NCBI GenBank assembly: GCA_041484665.1 | Contig: JBGPIA010000003.1 | Location: forward strand, 1-64,000 | DNA: 64,000 nucleotides | Reading direction: 5' to 3' | Source of the DNA: Candidatus Krumholzibacteriia bacterium | GTDB taxonomy: Bacteria; Krumholzibacteriota; Krumholzibacteriia; JAJRXK01 | Part shown: positions 22,101 to 29,215 of the stretch, piece by piece | How positions within the stretch are numbered: the stretch's first letter is position 1 | How the letters are laid out: each line of letters opens with the position of its first letter | The notes under the pieces: model-generated | The model's input: the letters and a program-made list of their open reading frames with translations, nothing else | What the model was told of the DNA's origin: nothing | The model's database searches: none | Made by a program: the position numbers and the translations under genes

Positions 22101-22411
22101 CCCAGCGCGTCCCAGCGACCCCGGACGCGGGTCGTCGCCTCCTGCAGGCGCAGGTCGGTGGCCTGCTCGAGATCGGAGGCGAGCTGCGCTGCGCGGTAGC
22201 TGAACGCTGGCCCCGCCGGCTCCTCGCTGGGGCCGGTGACCAACCGGCGCGCCCAGCGCACCACGGGCTCCACGGCCTTCTCGGCGATCGCGGCGCGCAG
22301 GTGCGAGCGGTCGTGCTCGTGGTGCGCCCGCGCGAGGAGGCGCTCGGTGGCCAGCAGCTCACCGGCGGCGAGCCGGCGCCGCGCTTCCTCCAACAGCGAC
22401 CAGTAGCTCAT
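16115..22411 (-). CDS. 2098-aa multidomain protein with degenerate DinG-like and RecQ-like modules and a C-terminal UvrD-like module
   Basis: Uninterrupted 6.3-kb ORF 33 nt after leuS; GAPGSGKTT, LVDDADAF, GAELDHV, YRVLSRA; Cys cluster; CPAC...CVRC. Confidence 0.8.
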   Translation of the reverse strand: MSYWSLLEEARRRLAAGELLATERLLARAHHEHDRSHLRAAIAEKAVEPVVRWARRLVTGPSEEPAGPAFSYRAAQLASDLEQATDLRLQEATTRVRGRWDALGLDELARLAQLLLLHRHGSSFRLPAALAWPMARAYLHACGRHLTAADPDLLHDLRPEQTEDLVWLASWARSRLDEAAPDLTALAPWCIARLTEPGLPAGHPQRWQALGLAARLSLLRADGAPAALALGLLALQEAPGSDAALAMLRWVAGLSCNEDRLAVPAASEQRLRQLAPLAHRLGAAWPPAELQALLRRRRPPALQGGLAALAWNGGDQGHGGRLALLRLERTAPCDALLLQRTAAGVAADPGAGAAGLALGPVAARSEIDSWLDPDAVVLCVTEPPEDLRSLLGDRAVVALGALEAALATPSVVAPAPAVAPHPAFTAADALVAPWAPLIESARTLGPRLGGLAQAEPLGSAWGIANLETLGRAGLAAAAGLAAALRVLGRAQQPDPPHAAHELQRVELVVPLAWPHLALRRWPQRGALAPVPATADRDALLLGAVSPEQLAALAVRTAPCVVIAGNAERGMAVAAAAAGATAPRDVTLAPTSPSCAEPLLALLDLWIQEALATPARAVDVLRLYHALATCPEGDLARWLPGSGDRTQDDQVASALAAAYKGCTPACRLREAGGCFDAQLHERAAAGSIWIQVGPHATLAPTGRALVVDDLPRWIAVQDDAGARSAWEDLVRWIAAAPSAVVCADAAAAGDLLAVQLSIVLASRRALRTVTLRGASAPAVVLCPPGFEPGALLVSEEALVLARLRAAAWLSRTKQARLWLAPLADGEALLGELARAAPLAGAAPTPSAEVVVVPLLGAPGALPDGVAVLRLALAATHAQRMVACVDPRLARLVGGAPRLAPAQSPATDPLGAATGSRLLDGMGARKLPRWRCPVDAQRLTATWRLLAQADPPDPQRLHALARALHDLTRGMRVALGGASDAERVLLCGLLARLAKEAGDGGPLGVRCVLWVHDQPPALRKEADLAVCELPAGALALPDPAGALERALLDAETGAVSVLALPARALALPLVRAWAARATQVAWVVPDADRALPGHPAFDEAQRSALAFLRGLPAERGPLVLCLLDAQGESRALDALAASVDGEVRSVAPAVAVTQAWRVVRVALQDPPWRCPACAVPAQVANAYAACVRCGTALLGDARDEDLQRATLLRQMARWLGQRSTRGSWLVLAPGRSQREVLQSLLGVDAAALVGTPLLAGDAHQTPLFSVRILALADLWTGPIPEGELVLASLPEDPLYLRAALERLAASGRPGGALTVLDHPLLWARRAPAGAAPHEVGSASTPEAWRWAATRLEVDFRVREGLAALERALSAGPPADVGGGLGPQAALARTPPLAQLAAAVEAWASSPRTGRRARLEDLEGAARTEALATARRRAAAVVTRAEAVGMRFDAAAAISLDPDELEEDPWAAGASRALFAWLRREGLAAGDAPPESAASPTAAGDADVGPAARASEEWLAAVRGAAVEIPLPLPPWPVPRAAPVAAAPQQGAFATHRHDDTPPPGWILGAPGSGKTTRLLSAARGAGGGGEALLLVPGGVSLLRCEELLRRQGATAPRPEVATGEELALALLRHRAGARDAGASPRLLPPQATAEGESIRKRLVADACRRYAQAAGRAPALDLVELRRVVEGGEVLLAAAAGEDAAAVDLPLLRRCAAAAREAAGRIPRSELCALARRGIEERTDVAAAWRDRYPVVLVDDADAFDEQELAVIDLLFTQPQRWTAADPALLPPQHTGRHERGQSQSFRLARELARAGSALLVRELNASNALQTRRKEKGRLTRRRGISLQACADIIGELLADSAAQRQRTGIVAGSDEDLSALAAGLRERGLAVWLAGEVTRCAASGPRELLAALLVHDVERGLDDATRGALASLLLQSAGEPLAAPDPQTLGQWLAAHERGEPVAIASRAGALLLALAEAGPRLRERTSLQEGADLLRRARLLAGVQASGAAQSRLDLYLAEHRMRSWRACARAVDPRALLDPLGPGAHLWLLKPGELSGAELDHVIHLCTGHEALDRHYRVLSRAADQLTVIYSEVDPFAGLL

Positions 22412-22444
22412 CGCACGCCCCGACGACGAGCGCTCCCGCGAGCG

Positions 22445-24940
22445 CTACGCGACGACGATGTTGACCAACTTGTCGGGAACGACAACGACTTTGACCACCG
22501 CTTTGCCCGCGATCCAGGTGGGCACCTTGCCGTACGCGCGGGCGAGGGCGGCGAGCTGTTCGCGGTCGGTGCCACGCGCGACGTGCATCTGCTCGCGCAC
22601 CTTGCCGTTGACCTGCACCACAACGGTCACCTCGTCGCGCTGCAGCACCGCCTCGTCCCACGCGGGCCACGCTTCGTCGAACACACTGCCCGCGTGCCCC
22701 AGCATCTCCCACAGCTCCTCGCCCAGGTGTGGTGCGAAGGGCGCCAACACGCGCACCCAGTCCTGCACGATCTCCAGCGCCGCAGGACCCCATTGCTGCG
22801 GCGAGCGCTCCGCGGCACAAGCGTGAAGCTGGTTGGTGAGCTCCATGTGGCGCGCGATCGCCGTGTTGAACTGGAAGCGGTCGAGATCGAGCGTGCCGCC
22901 CTTCACGGAGCGGTGCCGAACGAAGCGCAGCTGTGCAAAGGTGGCGTCGGCCGCAGCATCGCGCCGCGTGCGCGCGCCGCGCAAACGCTCCTGATGCTCT
23001 TCCACGAAGCGGTGCACGCGCGCCAGGTAGCGGGCGATCCCGTGGATGCCCGAGTCGTCCCAGTCGCCGCCGTCGATGAACGCGAAGCCGAACATCAGGT
23101 ACATCCGCAGGGCGTCGCTGCCGTAGGTGTCCAGGTACGCCTCGGGGCTGACTACATTGCCGCGGCTCTTGCTCATGCGGGCGCCCTGGTGCGTGATCAC
23201 GCCCTGGTGACGCAGGCAGGCGAAAGGCTCGTCGAAGGACACGTGCCCCAGCCGGTGGAGCACCTTGGCAACGAAGCGGGCGTACAGCAGGTGCATTACG
23301 GCATGATCGGCGCCGCCCACGTACTGCGTCACGGGCAGCCAGGCGTCAGCCAGCGCACGGTCCCACGGAACGTCAGGGCGGTGCGGGGACAGGTAGCGCA
23401 GGTAATACCAGCTGGAGTCCACGAAGGTGTCCATGGTGTCGGTCTCGCGTTGTGCAGGGCCGCCGCAGCGCGGGCAATCCACCTTCGACCAGTTCGGGTG
23501 GCGACGCAGCGGGCTCTCGCCTGTGGGCATGAACTCCGCGTCATCGGGCAGCAGCACCGGGAGCTGCTCCATCGGCACGGCCACCTCGCCGCACCGCGCG
23601 CAGTGCACGATGGGGATCGGTGCTCCCCAGTAGCGCTGCCGGCTCACCAGCCAGTCGCGGAGGCGGTAATTGACGGTGGCCCCTCCGTGCCCCCATTGGC
23701 GCAGGTACTCGACGACGCGCTCGCGGGCCACCGGCCCATCCAGCCCGTCAAACTCGCCGCTGTTGCACGTGGGCCCGTCCTGCGTCCACGCGACCGGCAA
23801 CGGCTCCGTTGGATCGTCGCCCGGGCCGAGGATCACCCGGCGGATCGGCAGCCCGAACCGCGTGGCGAACTCGAAGTCGCGCTGGTCGTGGCCGGGGACG
23901 GCCATCACGGCCCCCGTGCCGTAGGTGGAGAGCACATAGTCGGCGATCCAGATGGGAATGCGTTCGCCGTTGACCGGGTTGAGGGCGTACGCGCCGGTGA
24001 AGACGCCCGACTTCTCCCGCGTGGTCGAGGTGCGGTCGATCTCGCTGAGGCGCGACGCCTGTTCCACGTAGCCCTGCACCTGCACGCGCTGCGACGCGGC
24101 GCCGAGCTGGGGCACCAGCGGGTGCTCGGGCGCCAGCACCATGTAGGTGACGCCGAAGATCGTGTCGGGACGGGTCGTGAAGATGGGCAGCGTGCGGTCC
24201 ACGTCGGCGTCGGATGCTAGCGAATCCTCCGTCACGCTGAAGTTCACCAGCGCTCCCTCGCTGCGGCCGATCCAGTTGCGCTGCATGGTGACGGTCTTCT
24301 GGGGCCAATCGATGCGTGAGAGGCCCTCCAGCAGATCGTCGGCGAAGGCGGTGATACGGAAGAACCACTGGACCAGCTCGCGGCGTCGCACCGGGGTCGA
24401 GCAGCGCTCGCACAGCCCGTCGTGCACCTGCTCGTTGGCCAGCACCGTCTGGCAACTGTCGCACCAGTTGACGGGCGCCTGCTTGCGGTAGGCGTAGCCC
24501 GCCTCGTAGAGGACCAGGAACAGCCACTGGGTCCACCTGTAGTAGTCGGGCTTGTGGGTCTGCAGCTCATGGGACCAGTCGTACATGCCACCCAGGGTCT
24601 GCAGTTGCTTGCGCATGTACTCGATGTTCTTCTCGGTGTGCACCCGCGGGTGGACCTTCATCTTGATCGCGTAGTTCTCCGCCGGCAGACCGAAGCTGTC
24701 GAACCCCATCGGCTGGAAGACGTGGTCGCCGCGCATGCGCCGGTAGCGGGCCCAAGTGTCCGTGGGGGCGTAGTTGAACCAGTGCCCCAGGTGCAGCTTG
24801 TCGCCGGAGGGGTAGCTGAACATCACCAGGCAGTAACAGCGCCCGCCCCCCTCGTCGCGCAGCCGGGCCCGGTGCGCCCCGGATTGCTCCCAGCGCGCCT
24901 GCCACTTGCGCTCGAGGGAATGTGGCTGATAGCCCCCCAT
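22445..24940 (-). CDS. leuS: Leucine--tRNA ligase
   Basis: MFSYPSGDKLHLGH, FTTRPDT, GTGAVMAVPGHD, SRQRYWG, RMSKS, VQVNGK. Confidence 0.98.
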   Translation of the reverse strand: MGGYQPHSLERKWQARWEQSGAHRARLRDEGGGRCYCLVMFSYPSGDKLHLGHWFNYAPTDTWARYRRMRGDHVFQPMGFDSFGLPAENYAIKMKVHPRVHTEKNIEYMRKQLQTLGGMYDWSHELQTHKPDYYRWTQWLFLVLYEAGYAYRKQAPVNWCDSCQTVLANEQVHDGLCERCSTPVRRRELVQWFFRITAFADDLLEGLSRIDWPQKTVTMQRNWIGRSEGALVNFSVTEDSLASDADVDRTLPIFTTRPDTIFGVTYMVLAPEHPLVPQLGAASQRVQVQGYVEQASRLSEIDRTSTTREKSGVFTGAYALNPVNGERIPIWIADYVLSTYGTGAVMAVPGHDQRDFEFATRFGLPIRRVILGPGDDPTEPLPVAWTQDGPTCNSGEFDGLDGPVARERVVEYLRQWGHGGATVNYRLRDWLVSRQRYWGAPIPIVHCARCGEVAVPMEQLPVLLPDDAEFMPTGESPLRRHPNWSKVDCPRCGGPAQRETDTMDTFVDSSWYYLRYLSPHRPDVPWDRALADAWLPVTQYVGGADHAVMHLLYARFVAKVLHRLGHVSFDEPFACLRHQGVITHQGARMSKSRGNVVSPEAYLDTYGSDALRMYLMFGFAFIDGGDWDDSGIHGIARYLARVHRFVEEHQERLRGARTRRDAAADATFAQLRFVRHRSVKGGTLDLDRFQFNTAIARHMELTNQLHACAAERSPQQWGPAALEIVQDWVRVLAPFAPHLGEELWEMLGHAGSVFDEAWPAWDEAVLQRDEVTVVVQVNGKVREQMHVARGTDREQLAALARAYGKVPTWIAGKAVVKVVVVPDKLVNIVVA

Positions 24941-25002
24941 GGAGATCCTTTTGCGACGCTGCGTCCGGCGACAGGGCGGGCTGCTGGGCCCTCCCCATAA
25001 AG

Positions 25003-25039
25003 GGCGCCCGCCGCTCTGGGAGAGTGGCGCCCGCCGCTC
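25003..25039. repeat. 14-bp direct repeat in leuS/HDOD divergent intergenic region
   Basis: GGCGCCCGCCGCTC at 25003-25016 and 25026-25039. Confidence 0.7.
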
Positions 25040-25191
25040 AAGGAGTGGAGCCGGACGGCCGATACCCACCGTGTGCCGCGCGCGCGGACGCCGCCGTGCG
25101 CGATCGAGGGGGTTTCACCCCCGTCCGGATTCCTTGCGGGCGCCCAAGATAGCGCAAGCGTCGCGGCGCGCACAAACGAAAAGCCCACACC

Positions 25192-26124
25192 ATGCCCGAC
25201 ATCGATCTGAAGCACTACCTGGGGGGCGGCGGGCCCGGCCGGGGCGGCGCGGGAGGGCACCCCTCCGGGCGCACGGTGCGCCTGAGCGGCGCCGAGATCG
25301 CCCTGGCGGTCAAGCGGCTGCCGGCGCTGCCGGCCATCCTGCACGAGGTCATCCGTGACCTGAGCAACGTCAACGCCGATCTCGCCCGTCTGCAGGAGCG
25401 CATCAGCAGCGATCCCAGCTTGACCACGCGCCTGCTCAAGATGGCCAATAGCAGCTTCTACAACAGCAGCACCGAGATCTGCTCCATCGCGCGCGCGCTG
25501 ACCACGCTGGGCTTCCGCACCGCCTGCAACGTCGTGGTCGCCAGCGCTCTGCGTGCCGCCCTCTACCAGGGTGATGTGCCGGGCTTCTCCCGGCGGGGCC
25601 TGTTCCGGCACTCGCTGGGCAGCGCGGTGTGCTCCGCGCGCCTGGGGCGCATGGTGCCCACCCTGCGGTCGCATCAGGACCAGCTGTTCGTCGCCGGCCT
25701 GCTCCACGACGTGGGCATGGTGGCGCTGTCGACGGTCTACGCCCAGAATCACATCGAGACCGGGAGCGACTGCTGGTCGCGCGATCAGATCCTCGATGTC
25801 GAGCGCCAGCTGCTGGGCACTGACCACCTGGAGATCGGACTGCGGGTCTGGGAGCATTGGGGACTCCCGAGGGAACTGCTGGCGCCCATCACGCGGCACC
25901 ACGAGCCGCTGGTACGCCTGCTGGACGAGCCGCTCACGCTGGCCGTCGCGGTGACGGAGCTGTACCTCGACCAGCTCGGCTTCGGGCGCCCCCGACCGGT
26001 AGCGACGCCCGAGGACGTGCAGGTGGCCATCAAGCTCCTGGGCGCTGAGCCCGCCCTAGTCCTGCCCGCGCTGGAGGGGTTCGAGCAGGAAGTCGCAGCC
26101 ATCCACGGAGCGCTGACGACATGA
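25192..26124 (+). CDS. HDOD domain protein
   Basis: LPALP, DPSLTTRLLKMANSSFY, LG, HS...A, AGLLHDVG, HLEIG, WGLP, HH. Confidence 0.92.
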   Translation: MPDIDLKHYLGGGGPGRGGAGGHPSGRTVRLSGAEIALAVKRLPALPAILHEVIRDLSNVNADLARLQERISSDPSLTTRLLKMANSSFYNSSTEICSIARALTTLGFRTACNVVVASALRAALYQGDVPGFSRRGLFRHSLGSAVCSARLGRMVPTLRSHQDQLFVAGLLHDVGMVALSTVYAQNHIETGSDCWSRDQILDVERQLLGTDHLEIGLRVWEHWGLPRELLAPITRHHEPLVRLLDEPLTLAVAVTELYLDQLGFGRPRPVATPEDVQVAIKLLGAEPALVLPALEGFEQEVAAIHGALTT

Positions 26125-27767
26125 CCACGCTCGCGCCGACGCCGCTCCTGGACGGGAGCCTGCTGGGGCTCCACCAGGCTTTGGTGCCCGCCGAGGCGTA
26201 TGCGCTGCTGACCGAGATTCTCAAGGACCGCTACGGGCACGCGCCGCGAGGCGCCTACGTGCGCGCGAGCAATGGCAGCTTCGCCCTGGACGCTCAGTGT
26301 CCCGCCGACGGCACGTTGCCCGACGGATTCGAGCCGCAGACGCGGCCGCTGCCGGCACACCTGAAGGCTGTCGTCTACACCTACAATGGACTGCCGCTGG
26401 GTGCGCTGGCACTGGACCGCGCGGTCGCGGCGCCCGCAGGCGAGCTCGAGCAATTGCTCCAGGAGCATTTCGCGCCCGCCTTCTTCCGGACGTGCTATCT
26501 CGCGCAGACGTTGCGCGACAACGCCCTGGCCAACGAGCAGATCTATTTCCTCACCGAGATCGGCCGCCTGCTGGGGACTCTGGAGCTGCAGCCCCTGCTG
26601 CTGAACATCCTGGAGCTCACCAGCGGCTACCTCGAGGCCGACGTCGGCTCGATCACCCTGCTATCACCCGTTGGCGAGCCTGCCACTGCCGTGGAATTCG
26701 GCCTGCCGCTCTCCGCCTTGCTCTCGTGGCAGGACGAGGCGGGCGACGCGGTGCTCCAGGCGGCGCTGCGGCGCGGCTCGCCGCTGCACCTGCGTCGCGA
26801 GCAGCTGCGCTTCAGCGATGCTGCCGCGCCGCGCCCCGACCAGCTGCTGATCCTGCCGCTGGTGAGCAGCAATAGCACCCTGGGCAGCATCAATCTCGTG
26901 GCCTCGACGGCGGCAGTCGGCTTCAGCAACAAGCGCATGGAGGTCGTGCGGCCCGCGGTGGGCCTGGCAGCGGTGGCCGTGGAGAACGCCCTGCTGCTGC
27001 AGGTCAAGCTCGAGCGCGAGCGCGAGCAGCAGCAGCTGCTCGTCGCCCAGCAGATCCAGAGCCGGCTGCTGCCGCAGGTGCCGCCCCGCATCGCAGGAAT
27101 CGATCTGGCGGGCACGTCGCTGCCGGCGACCACCATCGGTGGCGATTACTACGATTTCTTCGCGCTGCGCGACGGCGCGCTGGGCATGGTGGTAGCCGAT
27201 GTCGCGGGCAAGGGGGTCCCTGCGGGACTCATCATGACCGCCACACGCGCCATGTTCCGCAGCGCGGCGCACCAGCACTCCCGGCCGGAGCGGGTGCTGG
27301 AACGGGTGAACCGCCTGTTGTGCGAGGAGGGATTCGGCCCCAACTTCGTCACGGCGGTCTGCGTCCGCGTGGAGCTCCCCTCGGGGAAGGTCACAATCGC
27401 ATCCGCCGGACACGAGCCGGCCCTGCTGCTGCGGGCGCGCGACGGGCGCCTGGAGTCGACGTTGTTGCGCTCGCTCCCGATGGGCCTGCGCGACTCGACC
27501 CGCTATCCCGCTGCCCGGCTGCAGCTGCAGCCCGGCGATGCGTTGCTGCTCTACAGTGACGGAATCACCGAGGCGATGGACGCCGGCCGCGAGCAGTTCG
27601 GCCACCAGCGGCTGGAGGAGACCTTCGCCAAGGCCCCGCGCGATTCGGCGCGCGCCATCCTCGATCACGTCCTGGCCGCGATCGGGGCACACGTCCAGCA
27701 GGCCCGCCGTCACGACGACACGACGCTGATCGTTGCGCGCATCGACCCCACGGCAGGCGGTCCCTGA
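26121..27767 (+). CDS. GAF + SpoIIE/PP2C (RsbU-like) phosphatase
   Basis: AQQIQSRLLP, IGGDYYD, DVAGKG, SAGH, YSDGITE, DDTT. Confidence 0.93.
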   Translation: MTTLAPTPLLDGSLLGLHQALVPAEAYALLTEILKDRYGHAPRGAYVRASNGSFALDAQCPADGTLPDGFEPQTRPLPAHLKAVVYTYNGLPLGALALDRAVAAPAGELEQLLQEHFAPAFFRTCYLAQTLRDNALANEQIYFLTEIGRLLGTLELQPLLLNILELTSGYLEADVGSITLLSPVGEPATAVEFGLPLSALLSWQDEAGDAVLQAALRRGSPLHLRREQLRFSDAAAPRPDQLLILPLVSSNSTLGSINLVASTAAVGFSNKRMEVVRPAVGLAAVAVENALLLQVKLEREREQQQLLVAQQIQSRLLPQVPPRIAGIDLAGTSLPATTIGGDYYDFFALRDGALGMVVADVAGKGVPAGLIMTATRAMFRSAAHQHSRPERVLERVNRLLCEEGFGPNFVTAVCVRVELPSGKVTIASAGHEPALLLRARDGRLESTLLRSLPMGLRDSTRYPAARLQLQPGDALLLYSDGITEAMDAGREQFGHQRLEETFAKAPRDSARAILDHVLAAIGAHVQQARRHDDTTLIVARIDPTAGGP

Positions 27768-27843
27768 GAACTGGCCCGCAATCTGCTCGAGGACCGGCGT
27801 GGCGGAGCGCCCGCGCACCGCCGCGACGCACAAGGAGGAACCC

Positions 27844-28197
27844 ATGGAGATCGAGATCAGCGAGCTCGCCGACGGGGTGGTGTTGGTGCTGCCCAACGAC
27901 TCCATCGACACCGCCACCAGCGGAGCGCTGCGCGACTGCCTGACGGCCAAGCTCCAACAGGGGTCGCGCCGCGTGGTGGTGGACCTCTCCCGCGTGCGCT
28001 ACATCGATAGCTCGGGGCTCTCGAGCCTGGTGGCGTCCGCCAATGCGTTCGCGGCGGAGAACGGGAGGCTGGTCCTGTGCAGCGCGCCGGCCGGCGTCCT
28101 GCGCATCCTGCAGCTGACCAAGCTCGACGAGTACTTTCAGTTGGCCGGCGACCGCGGCAGCGCCCTGGAGCAGGCGCAGGTCGAGCCCGCCCGCTAG
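27844..28197 (+). CDS. STAS-domain anti-sigma-factor antagonist (RsbV/SpoIIAA-like)
   Basis: VDLSRVRYIDSSGL with the phosphoacceptor Ser; AAGGAGG RBS. Confidence 0.93.
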   Translation: MEIEISELADGVVLVLPNDSIDTATSGALRDCLTAKLQQGSRRVVVDLSRVRYIDSSGLSSLVASANAFAAENGRLVLCSAPAGVLRILQLTKLDEYFQLAGDRGSALEQAQVEPAR

Positions 28198-28282
28198 CGG
28201 CGCGGCCCCACCGGGCCGCGGTTGTGCAAACGCCCGGTCTGCTCTACCCTGGCGCGGCCCAACAGCGCACCAGCGGGTGAAC

Positions 28283-29137
28283 ATGCACGCGGCAACCTCG
28301 GAACCCACCGGCATCGGCGTAGCCCTCTCGGGCGGCATCGCCAAGGTGATCGCCCATATCGGCGTGCTCAAGGCGCTGGAGGAGAACGGCCTGCGCCCGG
28401 CCGCCATCGCCGGCACCAGCGGCGGCAGTCTGATCGCCGTGCTCTACGCCTCCGGCATGACGCTGGACGACCTGGCCGACCTGGCGCGGGAGGTGACCTG
28501 GAAGCGTCTGGCCACGCTGCAGGTGCCGCGTCTCGGCCTACTCTCCAGCAGGCGTATCGAGGATTTCGTGGGGGAGGTGGTGGGGCACAGCCGCCGCCTC
28601 GAGGACCTTCAGATCCCGACCTACGTGGTCACCACCAACCTGCTCACCGGCGACAAGACCGTCTTCCATCGCGGGCGCGTCGCCCCCGTGGTGCGCGCGA
28701 GCTGCAGCATTCCGCAGATCTTCAGCCCCGTGGAGATCGATGGCGGGCTCTACGCCGACGGCGGCATGGTGGAGTCTCTGCCGGTCGAGACCGTACGGAG
28801 CGCCAACTGCCCGCTGAACGTGGCGGTGCATCTGGGCGCCTACCGCGACTTCAGCGATCCGCCCCGCAACTGGGTGGGCATGGTGCTGAGGGTCGTGGGC
28901 CTGGTCTCCAGTCGCAACGCCCGTGTGTCCGCGCGCTACGCCGACGTCGTGCTCAAGCCGGACCTGCGCCGTTTCGGAGGTTTCGACCTGGGACGGGCGC
29001 AGGAAATGATGGACGTGGGCTACCAGACCGCCATGGTGGAAGTGCCCCGCATCCGCGAGCTGTTGCAGGAGCGCATCAGCTTCTGGGGACGCCTGAAGAG
29101 CCAGATCCGCCTCGCGCGCACGGGCGAGCCGGAGTGA
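28283..29137 (+). CDS. Patatin-like phospholipase (RssA/NTE family)
   Basis: LSGGIAK.. AHIG, GTSGG nucleophile motif, ASCSIP, DGG. Confidence 0.92.
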   Translation: MHAATSEPTGIGVALSGGIAKVIAHIGVLKALEENGLRPAAIAGTSGGSLIAVLYASGMTLDDLADLAREVTWKRLATLQVPRLGLLSSRRIEDFVGEVVGHSRRLEDLQIPTYVVTTNLLTGDKTVFHRGRVAPVVRASCSIPQIFSPVEIDGGLYADGGMVESLPVETVRSANCPLNVAVHLGAYRDFSDPPRNWVGMVLRVVGLVSSRNARVSARYADVVLKPDLRRFGGFDLGRAQEMMDVGYQTAMVEVPRIRELLQERISFWGRLKSQIRLARTGEPE

Positions 29138-29215
29138 GCCCGCGCCGCGGCGGCGCTCCCCGAGCGCCCAGCGCCGTCGTGGCCCGCTCGGCGCACCACG
29201 GGCCGTCGTTGCGCA

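Noticed and set aside
16115..22411. Giant ORF as a simple decayed pseudogene or GC artefact
   Set aside because: 6.3 kb without a stop, ordered helicase-like motifs and retained Cys clusters argue for selection, though this is not proven without homologs
20867..24220. 1117-aa plus-strand ORF (and the 898-aa ORF at 16556-19252)
   Set aside because: Antisense shadows of leuS and the giant ORF, with no motifs of their own
24941..25191. T-box riboswitch upstream of leuS (also checked tyrS)
   Set aside because: No AAnnnGGGTGGnACC T-box or terminator/antiterminator pattern found
28283..29137. Patatin as a CBASS CapV effector
   Set aside because: No CD-NTase or other defence genes nearby; sequence resembles housekeeping RssA/NTE type
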